Source: Styela clava (taxonomy: Eukaryota). Taken from it: a stretch of DNA of 64,000 bases. This document shows positions 53,879 to 64,000 of this stretch, in pieces; the stretch's first letter is position 1, and the number at the start of each line of letters is the position of its first letter. Both the position numbers and the translations under genes were made by a program. The DNA lies in assembly GCF_964204865.1 (NCBI RefSeq), contig NC_135250.1, positions 6,014,001 through 6,078,000 on the forward strand, written 5' to 3'. The notes under the pieces are model-generated. The model was not told the DNA's origin. It did no database searches and saw only the letters and a program-made list of their open reading frames with translations.

Positions 53879-54981
53879 CAATTGACAATACAAGCCTGCT
53901 AATGCAGTCGGCAATGGTTCAATGGGGTATACACCCGGTGGAGAACAGTCAAATATTTGTTAGCAAGAATTGTTATGCAGCGGGATGATCACGACGATGC
54001 AGTGTAAGATAATGCTATCACGAGACACGAATGAGAAAATTGCTACATTTTATAGTATATCCTTGGGAAAGAATGTAGTTCGTGCTTATGTTCAATGCCA
54101 ATGCTTTCCAAACTACCAAGGACTCTCAACACTTTTGCTTCTTCTCTTACATAAAAATACATTGATATTATATATTCGCATTTACATCTATTTGTTCGTG
54201 CTCCCAGATAACCGATCCGTTGCCTTCAAGAAGGCCGGGGTCCCCTTTTAAGAAACCCTGTCATAAACTAAAAGATGCTTCTCTTGCCTGTTGTCATGAT
54301 GTCCCTCCAATTCAGCTACAACAAAAATTGGGTATCAATTATATTATTTCATAAATATTCTCGACAATGAATGATATACGGGTGGTAAAATGTCAAGTTA
54401 TTCCAACAACATGATCATGTTTTGCAACTTACAACCAATATTTTGCATGTAACTTTGTTTGGCAGAGCCCCAAGAGATCTAACTACAAATATCAAAATTG
54501 TGAGGCCAAAAAAGTTACACTACGTTGACTACAACATAGTCAAATGTGCTGTATTTACGATAGATAACAGGTTTACCAAGAAGCATTACATGAAAAATGG
54601 TAAAATAAAGATTAATTCAGCAATATCTACTTAGGACTTGGTGATATGCATCTGTTGATGATTTTATGTGGTTGTTTCGGAAATTCAATGACAGAATTAA
54701 TTGTGGTTGTTGGGGATGTTTCAAAAAAAGGTTGAATGGAAAACAGTTTTCACAAAATATCGGGGTATGAGAGTAGTAGAGAAGTAGAAAAAATACTCCC
54801 TGGTTTTCTTCATTTGATAACCACGCCACAAAACTTCTCCAATAAATATACGTAGCATTGCGTGAGGCAGAATCGCCAAGATGGGATTTCATCGCATCGC
54901 AAACTAATATTAGCGATTCTTAGATATATTCGCGCATTCCCATCTGAACTGCGTTGGAAAGATACTGGAAACTATTTCAAT

Positions 54982-57411
54982 AGACCTTATTCATTAAAAA
55001 CCCATCCCACGCGCAAAAAATAAAAGTGATGTAAAAATTTTTTTTTTAACATTAGCTCTTATGGAAAATGTGATCACCAGAGCAGAAATTTGCATTTTTT
55101 GTAATTTTCTAGATATCTTTCATTGTATACGTGAGCAGTTTTGAGGATAGAATATTTTTTACATCTTTTTCGATATTTTTATCATGATAAACATGGTCAA
55201 GATTTTTGATAATCGTTCATTAAAATTTTAATTAGCGCGGTGTTTCCGATGACGTCATTCGTCTAGACCATGAGATTCTGCCAACGCGCCGTGCTCTGTG
55301 GGATAGGCGCTGCAAATGCGGCCCTAATGTCGCTTTGGGTCCGTGTCCGTCCGGTACTGGAAGCGTTTAACATTGACAATCTATAACCCGTACCATTTCC
55401 ATCACGTTTGTTTACTGGTTTTACGCATTTATACCTGTACAGCTAGCAATCATTTACTGAAGGCATGCTGACGTGTTATTTAAACTACCGGTACCGTACC
55501 AAGGCTGCAAGAGGTGAAAACTAAATTATTTAGTAAATACTGAAATAGGCCTACGAACAAAATTGTTGCCCATCTTGCCAATAGGCAGGACAAGACGTAC
55601 GGTACCGGTATACAAAAAAGATGAATATCTCCAACCTATAATGGTACAATACCGGTCTCGTGACTAGGTTAAAAAACATGACTGAATACGAGAAGGAGAT
55701 TTATTTTGTCAACCAGAATACAAGCATTGAATCAATAAAAATCATATACAAAACACACAGATATTCGGTATAGACTGGGGAGCGATACGACCATCACAGT
55801 CAGCTCCCCCCATGTTTGCTATCAAGATTACCAGTTAATTAAGATGTTTTAACAAAACTCCTCGGAGGAAGGGTTGACTAAGTTACGGAATATTTTTGGA
55901 TTCGGTAAAAATGTAGTCCAATATTAAACACTGCTTTTTTTGTAGTTTTCACTTAGTGGACACTTAGCAAGTACGACAGTTAATTTATAAATAAAATTGT
56001 TAATTAATAACAAATCAGTAGAAGTCAGCTCGGGTATTCAAACATGTGATGATTGAAGTGAGAAAAAAATTTGAAGTCACGTTTAGGATATTACATTAAA
56101 CTACAATGGAAAAGGTCCATTGGAATCAGTTAAGTTTCAAATGCTAATGGCATTAATGAAAAGAATATGCGAAATGAAGACCGAAGTTTCCATCTGAGAC
56201 ATTGGAAGACGCTAAAACCTTATAGACTTGATAGTGTGGAAAGCCTTCTCACAATGCAGTAATAATGGGACATATATGTATAATATCATTATACAGGCTT
56301 TAAGTTGAACTATATGTTTAATTAAAATATCTATCTTTGCTAATAAATGCTGAAAACCATTTATTTCAATCTGCTGAGTGATTAGGGTCAGAAATTTGCT
56401 GTAGGAACCATCACCAGGGCTGGATTTACCAATAGGCTAGGCAGGCTGAAACCTAGAGCATCGAAATTCGGTTTCAAAGTTTGTAATGCTTTTGATAACT
56501 TGACAAGTTTAAACCCTACAAAAAGTATATATATATATCAAGCTTTTCAGAGTAGAAAATTCTGTATACAACAAGTTTCAACCACATTGTAAACAGCCAT
56601 TATTGCGTCGTTTGCATCATAATAAGGGAAATTATTATTATGCGCATTCTGCTGGAAGTTTCTATGTTAAAGTATGGCTGTAGCGGTTGTTTGATCAAAG
56701 AAATTGAAAGCAAAACTGCCTCAAGTAAATTATCATTCTTTTAATTTAAAATTCACACCCATGAATGGGGAGCAATGAAAAGTTTAATGCTTTCATATTT
56801 TTAAATTTTAAGCAATTAAATGTGGTGTTGTTTAGAGAGAAATTCTGAGCTCAAAAATATGAAGGGGCCTCTCATTGTCTGAATCCAGCCCTGAACATCA
56901 CCAATTTTGGGATAGGTACCGTACATGGTAGGTACCGTCAACATATGAACTGAGTTAGGCCATTGGATTTTGAAAGGTGTACCAGAAATGTACATGGAAT
57001 TTATGAAATATATAACATCTAATTAAAACCAAAATAGGTCTTTCGTTGAACGCCAGTTGCTGTCCCGGTATTCCAGTATTGGAGCACATATCCCACAGAG
57101 CACGGCGCGTTGGCAGAATCTCATGGTCTAGTGAGAATGACGTCATCGGAAACACCGCGCTCATTAAAATTTCAATGAACGATTATTAAAAATCTTGACC
57201 ATGTTTATCATAATAAAAATATCAAAAAATATATAAAAAATATTCTATCCTCAAAACTGCTCACGTATACAATAAAAGATATCTAGAAAATTACATAAAA
57301 TGCAAATATCTGCTCTGGTGATCACATTTCCCATAAGAGCTAATGTTAAAAAATATTTTTTTACATCACTTTTTTTTTGCGCGTAGGATGGGTTTTCAAT
57401 GAATAAGGTCT
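54982..57411. mobile_element. Non-autonomous foldback-like DNA transposon with ~325-bp TIRs (ISL2EU/PHIS-like)
   Basis: 54982-55305 and 57089-57411 are near-perfect inverted repeats. Termini AAT|AGACC...GGTCT|ATT are consistent with an AT TSD; superfamily is inferred from the termini only. Confidence 0.85.
56415..56893. mobile_element. hAT (Tip100-like) MITE nested in the long-TIR element
   Basis: TIR CAGGGCTGGATT / AATCCAGCCCTG; 8-bp flanks ACCATCAC / AACATCAC. Confidence 0.85.
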
Positions 57412-58832
57412 ATTAGCGTCATGCTATCGAATATCAGTAAAAGAATAGTGTAAACATACATACAACATACATACAATGAGAAAAGACATACAAGGCGTAA
57501 CTTTTAGTAATATGCAATCAAATAATCTTATTGTAGAATATATATTTAGAAACATTTCGTCGCGCCAACCGCAGTCCAAAACTTTTTGTCTCTGGCTGAG
57601 CTTAGATACCAATTGGCACTTATGTAAACTGATAAGAGGCAGATTTCATATTGAAACGCCACGCGATGGAGCAGATAATATGAGTATCCATCCCCCAGCT
57701 GTCATTTGAGTGGGTACAGCTGTTTTTATTGCAGATGATACTGATCTTTTTGTATTAAAGATTAACTGGCATCAACGATTTAGGGATGTCAAGTGATGGA
57801 TATAAATAAACCAGTTTAAAACCAACACGCAATATTACAAAACTTACTTCCAACACGCGGTTTGAAAGAATGAAAAAGCTGAAACTAGTGTTCTTTAGAA
57901 CAGCATACAAATTTTATGGAATGAAATCATACGCAAAAGCTCGTCAAAAACCTATAGGTCAATAAACAAGTGTAATTTGATGCATGTGCACAAAAATGTG
58001 CGCTTTATTACCTACAACCGAAGCACGCAGGAGAATGCGTGTGATGTTCTAGTGATCAAAATGTTTGACTCAACTATGTTGGCATAACAGGTGCACATCT
58101 CGGTTACGCATACGTTCTATCTTCACAAGGATGTATCAATTTGGCCAAAGTCAATGCTGCACCTGAAAGATTCCGTTTCTTCTAAAAGAAAACACGTTAC
58201 ACATCGTTAGATACCAGTGGGTGGTTTTACATGGCCTTGTTCGGAGTGAAAGACGCGGTCGAATTCCAATCCATTTCAACTAATAAAACATTTCCCAATT
58301 CCCTAACCTTAATCAGGAAAACGAAACGCCTGCCGCAACACAAATGTAATTTGAAGAGTGCAAAAGAAAGTGGCTAGATCAGCGTTTCTCAAACTTTTTC
58401 GGCCACGGAACACTTCCACGTTTTATCTCGCCTCGCGGAACACCAAAAAAATAAAAGAGTGAAATAGATAAAGTAAAAGTTGTCAAATGCGCGGGGAAAA
58501 CTAACAGAATTGTGTTAAACATACTTAAAATATGCTTGAATATTTTACATGTTGCCAATGTTATAAAAGTTTTCTTAATTTAATATGAATCAATAAATTC
58601 ACTTTACCATTTATGTCATTTACTTTCCATTACGTAGTGTTTGCCTCTAATGTTACGTTTAATGGGGGTAGAAGTACTTGCTGCAATTTCGCCGCAGTTT
58701 ATTAATCAACTTAATAGAGTTTAGCGAAAATGAGTGATTTTTTCAGCATTTTAAAGTAAAATCAGGCTGATACGGAGGAAGAAGAGTTGACCCTTTTGCC
58801 TTTATTCTTTAGACCTACACGATTGCCTATAG

Positions 58833-59779
58833 CAGGGGTGGGCAACCCTTGGCACGCGTGCCAGAGGCCATTTATTCGGCACGCGAGCGAGGCCTCAGAA
58901 ACGAGATCATTCTCTTTCAGATAAAAAGTTTCGAGACTGATTTATCTGATGAAATTCGGTGTTTGTTTATTCATTATCGTTTGTTAATAATCTGTTATTC
59001 ATTTAAAATTTTAAACTCTTTTTGTCTTTTCATGACATATGGCTACAAAGAAATATATTATGACGTAACAACTGAGTTAGCTCTTGACGAATTGTGACAA
59101 GACACAGCATTCATTGGGAGTTCATAGTTACGTAATATATAGTTAGTCTGTGCCACCATTTTTCTCCATTTCTGATTGATTTATGAAGTTGTACAGCTCA
59201 TGTTGGTTAGAGTTACTTGCTAACTTACTGAAATAAATTGATTTCGTAATCAAGAAATATAAGCAAAAAAATATAAGCAATTATAGAAGGGAATACAAGA
59301 GAGAAGTGCAGAAAACGAACTATCGCGTGATTGGGAAGCCATTCCCGAGAATTTTTCGTGTCTCAAAAACTTTGCAACTGCATGTTTTTATCTACATATG
59401 CTTGTGACTTTCTGTTCTCAGTTATGAACTTTATTAGGTCTCATAACAGGAGTAGCCTGAAAGATGATACCAGTAGTTCGTATATTTCTTTGAAAGTTAC
59501 AAAATATAATCCCAATGTAAATCTCTATCAACGGTAATGCAGCAGCAGAAGTCTCACTTATATAGAATAAAAAAAGTAATCAAATCTATTTGTCGGGCTG
59601 ATATTTTCCCGAATAGTGAATCTGTCTGTAGCTTACCTGTTTAGAAGGTTTATTATTGTGTATTTTCGCTTTAAAAGTAACAAAGCATTGTTTTCTAATT
59701 TTGGTCGGCACGCGGAAGAATTTTGTCGTTAAATTTAGCCGATTTGGGCACGTGAGCCGAAAAAGGTTGCCCACCCCTG
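58833..59779 (+). mobile_element. Internally deleted hAT (Buster/SPIN-like) element nested in the outer hAT
   Basis: TIR CAGGGGTGGGCAACC / GGTTGCCCACCCCTG; perfect TSD GCCTATAG at 58825-58832 and 59780-59787; GGCACG subterminal repeats. Confidence 0.93.
59331..59560 (+). pseudogene. C-terminal hAT dimerisation-domain remnant of a Buster-family (SPIN/GTF2IRD2-like) transposase
   Basis: FLSTYACDFLFSVMNFIRSHNRSSLKDDTSSSYISLKVTKYNP followed by a frameshifted MQQQKSH matches the F-STY-CE--FS-M--IK---RS-L...Q-SH pattern. Confidence 0.85.
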
Positions 59780-60381
59780 GCCTATAGCAAAACCAAAAAG
59801 ATTGTTGTAAACTTGATAATGAACTTATGAATGAATAACAGTCAAAAAGCTAGGCCGACGTAATTTTGTATGACTTATCGAAAACGCCACTACCCTTTCC
59901 CAGTTAGGCCGACAGTGACGCGATATTGAACGGTCTTCTACACGTTTCGAAGATCAGGGCTCCCCAAACTCGCGGCCCCTTTTGAATATATAATATTTTT
60001 TCGCGGACCTTGTTCACGTTAACAATGCTAAACAGTTCGAAAGATGCATTTTTGATGTTTTGTAAAATTGGTGTTCTCTTTGCGGCCCCTAAAATTCGAT
60101 TCGCGAACTCTAATTTGGGAATCGACAAATCTCCATAGCGACCATTTTAGACGTATTTTTGATTCCTTTTCCACGGAACACTTCGAAGTTGCTCGCGGAA
60201 CACTAGTGTTTGGGAAACGCTGGGCTAGATGCTGTCAATGGTTCTTGGCTTATATTAGTAAAATAAACCATCATTTATTCTACTGAAAATTGAATTTATG
60301 ACATTGTAAGGAGATTCAATGTTACTATGTATTCAAAACTAACCCATGTAGTTATGGAATAATTGTTTATATTAACAAAAA

Positions 60382-60480
60382 GGTGCTCCCAAAGTATTTG
60401 AACCAAGATGGCGCACAACCTGAACATTGTATTGTTCCAGGTTAGGGTTCAGGACGTGCGTCATCTTGGTACGAATACTT
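60382..60480. mobile_element. Minimal hairpin derivative of the Merlin-like MITE
   Basis: GGTGCTCCCAAAGTATTTGAACCAAGATGGCGCAC...GTGCGTCATCTTGGTACGAATACTT, containing GGTTAGGGTT. Confidence 0.65.
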
Positions 60481-60621
60481 AAAATCCACTTAGAAAAAAT
60501 TGCTCAACATCATATACTTCACACCCACCTGGGTATCATCATTTATGTCATCGACATTATATCTAAACAAGAAAAAAACTTCATGTCCCAAAACAATGTT
60601 AAGGCCCGATTCTGCCGGACT

Positions 60622-61958
60622 ATATTGATGTAATGCAAAAAATATCGAAATTAAAAAAAAATTCCAATTTGGGGAACATATAATAAATTAGCAAAAATCA
60701 TTTTTGGGGTGATATATGCAATTTTCGGTAGTCGTTTACGGCAAGTTTGAAACATACTTTGAAACGAATATTTTTCCAGAGCAAGACTTTATTGATGTAA
60801 TGCAAAAAATATCAAAATGTAAAAAAAATCCAATTTGGGGGACATATAATAAACAAGAGAGCTACGCTCAAATATATGGACACGTCTGTTCGCAGTACAG
60901 TACGGTTTACCGTACCGTCAGATCACAGTCTACAAATATATTCACACCAAGCGGAGCAGTACAGTAGGACACAAAATGGCGTCCGATGTCCACAGAACGT
61001 TTAATGACGTCATAGCAAACAAAAACAAATCTCACAGAGCTAACAGAAATATTTAAAATGAATAAAAGTAATAGCCTTCTGGGGGAAAATTTTATCTTCA
61101 ACCACTGAAAATTTCAAAGCAATTGGTCCAGTATTCGAAGAGAAAAGCGATATTTTTAAAAAAGATGGAGACAAATAATAATAACAAGAGAGCTACGCAC
61201 AAATATATGGACACGTTAGACCAGAGCGAATCAGTCCTTACCGGTACCTTTGACGCTACCGGTACCCTCAAAAAAGTTCTGAATTTCCAGTAGCAAGAAT
61301 TTTGCAGAATCAAAACGTACAGCCAGTCATGACACTGACTAAAATCCGTGTTCCCATGGATAAAAAATAATACAGCAAAATTTTAGACGAAATATCAAAT
61401 TTCATAGAATTCACGCAAAATTTTGAAATAAATAAAAGTAATAGCCTTCTAGCGAAAAAATTAATCTTTAACCACTGAAAATTTCAAAGCAATTGGTCCA
61501 GTATTCGAAGAGAAAAGCGACTTTTTAAAAACGTGTCAAAGAACAAGAACAACAACAACAATATAATATTGAAACGATCGTTATGGCCACTAAACGTGTC
61601 CAATAACACAACAAAATTTTGAAACTATCGTTATGTCCACTACGTGTCCAATAAACGAAATCAAAGTTGGACTGCAATCCGGCTAACAATACCGTTGAAT
61701 GCATGGTGTTTTTGTTTTCCGAAGTAAGATTCTGAAATAAAAAAAAACTTGGGACTCGTGGGAACATATAAAAAATTAAATTCCGATCAGGAACATTAGT
61801 TTGTATAATAAATAATAAATTAACCAAAATCCCATCTCGATGATCTCATGACATCCGCGCTTCATATGACATCGTGTTACATTAGTGACAGAATTAGGTT
61901 TATGATTTATATTTTTGCAGAATTGGATGCTGGGAATTGGCGGCCAGGGTAACCCTGG
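60622..61958 (-). repeat. Right arm of the inverted repeat pair, interrupted by a HINE dimer
   Basis: Reverse complement of the left-arm sequence; ends in the palindrome CCAGGGT-A-ACCCTGG (61944-61958). Confidence 0.85.
60854..61649 (-). mobile_element. Two tandem HINE family-A units (61185-61649 and 5'-truncated 60854-61182)
   Basis: Plus strand AA|CAAGAGAGCTACGC..ATGGACACG at 60854 and 61185; core tcttcaaccactgaaaatttcaaagcaattggtccagtattcgaag; end CCACTACGTGTCC|AA. Confidence 0.85.
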
Positions 61959-62004
61959 TGCATTCTGACATTGCAGTACGGTACGAATGTTTGTCCACGG
62001 GAGG

Positions 62005-62075
62005 CGGAAAACTCGACTACACGGACAACTCACCAAAGACAACTCGACTACAGAGAGGCCTGGTGAGTTGTCCGT
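62005..62075. repeat. Short MITE-like remnant with AACTCG repeats and an inverted CGGACAACTCACCA / TGGTGAGTTGTCCG pair
   Basis: Direct and inverted motifs are visible; no TSD found. Confidence 0.45.
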
Positions 62076-63879
62076 CTTTTCGCATTTTCTACGGCGGTGT
62101 TTTAGATCTATAGAAATGTCATTTTGATATTTTTAGGGCTCAAATATTGAGAAAAATACATAAATATTCTCTAAAAAGCATTTTTATTTGTGTAAGTGGC
62201 TTATTTTGCTCATGGTATATGTCCACTGATAGGTACGACAGACCGGTGGTCGACAAAACTATGGACTAGCAAGCTACGGCTATAATAAGTATAAGTTTAT
62301 TTCGATTCCATAATCGGCATAATAGACGATAAAGTGACTGATAAAAACGAAACAAATAAAACTGATTATAGAATCGGGAGAGCAAAAATAAACCTCAAGC
62401 TCGGTTCAGAAATGGTTGGTAACGTAAAATCCAACACCTGTTAGTCAGACAAAATAATATTATTGCAAAGAATTACAGAATTACAAAATATCTGCACACA
62501 AACCAGTAAGGTAGCACGTTTCACGTACGATACGGTACCGCACTTTTCCTGATATAGGCAAAGAACAAAGCCGGAAAGATCTGAAGTTATCCTCCTGTCA
62601 GTCACAAGACGGCTCTTGTTCACCTGCCCGATATCTTGCAATTCATCATTCTTACGGTATATTCCCAATAAAAACATCCCCTTTTATGATATGCATTTCT
62701 TGAATATATATGAATTATAGTACTTCTGATTTTAGTTTACAGCTCCATAACAAAATCTAGATACAATTTTAGGCCCCACTAGTGCGACAATGGCATCTGC
62801 ATGCTCACCCCGAAATCCATGTCGAAGTCACATGAGCGGCATAACCCCATACGCGAGTTCAAGGCAAATTGAGATAATATATTTACTTTACTCCACAAGT
62901 ATCCCTGGAACTTCCGATTTACAATATAGAAGATTTTCCAAAATTCCCAACATTCAAATCTGGCCCAACTACCCACAGCTTGGGAATACAGTTTAGCCTA
63001 TATATATATTGATATGGTTCAAGAAAAATTATTCTGTCCTCACTTCTGTTTATTATTTCGATATCCCATTTGACAATCCTCATAAAATTGTCAATATTGT
63101 GTGGTGAATAGTTTTTTTTATTCATTTCGGCAATGCCTTATTATTAAACTTTGCATCTTGTTGAATTCATAGGTTCGTGGACATCCAGCTTTCTAAATAA
63201 ACAGTAAATACTGTACAGAAAAAGATGCGCACTAATGAGGCGAACTGAAGAGTTATTAATTTTAATATTGAATTTCCAACGGGCCGCCTCAAAATCCTGT
63301 AATTCTTCAGGGCATATTTTCTATATGGATACGTATAAGGAAAATAAGCGGTAGGGTGAACCAAAATTATCGTCAAATTAGGTTGTATACAGCAGGCCGG
63401 AGGCCCGCAAAATTACATATATTTTCTCTGATATGTCTTACTCAGGATGAATTTTCATAAACAATTGTGTACATCTCCAAATGCTATCAGAACTGCTTTA
63501 TTTTCGGCAGAGTTACATAACTTAAATGTTTCCCCAATAATGGACGGGGCGGCGTTCGTTGTTTTACTGACAAATTTCGCCTGGATTTCCTTGGATATCT
63601 GTAAAAATCAATATTTTTATTTAGAGTTATCGTCAAAAATCAACACAAAAAATGAAATACAATGTAGCAGTCTGAGGGCGCCATAGATGTGACAACATTT
63701 GACGACCACGTCCAGAATATTCTCATCACAGTAGTCTAAGCCAAAAATAGTTATTTAAAAACATCACATACTAAAACTAAACATGTACCAGCAACATATA
63801 TCCAACTCGAAGTGTTCAAAATACATATTAGAATCACTTACATGTAACAAAGTCTTATAAAGCGGTTTGCCCCCGGTGC

Positions 63880-63950
63880 ACATGAAAGTTGTTGCTGATC
63901 GATTTTTTTCTCCAAAACTAATGGACCAATCGACTTCAAATTTTCAGTAT
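63880..63950 (+). mobile_element. Partial HINE-like core block
   Basis: ttctccaaaactaatggaccaatcgacttcaaattttcagt resembles the family-A core. Confidence 0.5.
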
Positions 63951-64000
63951 ATATATACTTATATATTAAGCTTTGATTTCTCTCTCTTCGAACTCTTGCC

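Larger units (their letters stand above)
52304..53880 (+). repeat. Left arm of an inverted repeat pair (unclassified element), interrupted by a HINE array
   Basis: 52304-52507 and 53310-53880 match 61954-61745, 61745-61652 and 60851-60622 in reverse complement. Confidence 0.85.
58380..60222. mobile_element. Non-autonomous hAT (Charlie/Buster-like) element, outer
   Basis: TIR CAGCGTTTCTCAAAC / GTTTGGGAAACGCTG; perfect TSD GGCTAGAT at 58372-58379 and 60223-60230; CGGAACAC subterminal repeats at both ends. Confidence 0.92.

Noticed and set aside
52510-53880. CRISPR-like or other repeat-spacer array
   Set aside because: The repeats are 165-310-bp TE or satellite units without unique spacers, there are no cas genes, and the context is eukaryotic.
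1-64000. The short ORFs (60-110 aa) in the supplied track as stand-alone genes
   Set aside because: They have AT-driven composition, often overlap on both strands or lie in repeats, and show no recognisable domains. Only those overlapping the exons, the hAT remnant or the RT relic are meaningful.

Overview
AT-rich eukaryotic (invertebrate animal) genomic DNA, not prokaryotic. Spliceosomal GT-AG introns, mosaic CpG depletion and the transposon content fit a marine invertebrate, possibly an ascidian; the taxon is an inference. Almost all entries in the ORF track are spurious. The one well-supported gene is on the minus strand and has six coding exons: 30422-30493, 28454-28742, 27147-27305, 25332-25433, 19375-19515 and 18370-18374. 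They splice in phase into a 255-aa Ser/Pro/Thr/Gln/His-rich protein with a basic NLS-like motif and no domain I recognise. Candidate upstream exons run to a CpG-rich promoter near 41 kb, and the gene body (about 18-40.7 kb) is visibly CpG-poor. The rest is a dense set of non-autonomous transposons: DINE-1-like Helentron-associated elements (HINEs, some in head-to-tail arrays), Merlin-like MITEs with 8-bp TSDs, hAT elements (one nested in another, carrying a Buster-type transposase remnant), a long-TIR ISL2EU-like element, Tc1/mariner MITEs, tRNA-derived SINE pieces and a LINE RT relic. The most unusual structure is a nested cluster of about 9.6 kb (52.3-62.0 kb) bracketed by two inverted arms, each apparently invaded independently by the same HINE family. 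I cannot support a claim of a new functional biological system. The best leads are the orphan gene, the modular HINEs and the nested inverted cluster.
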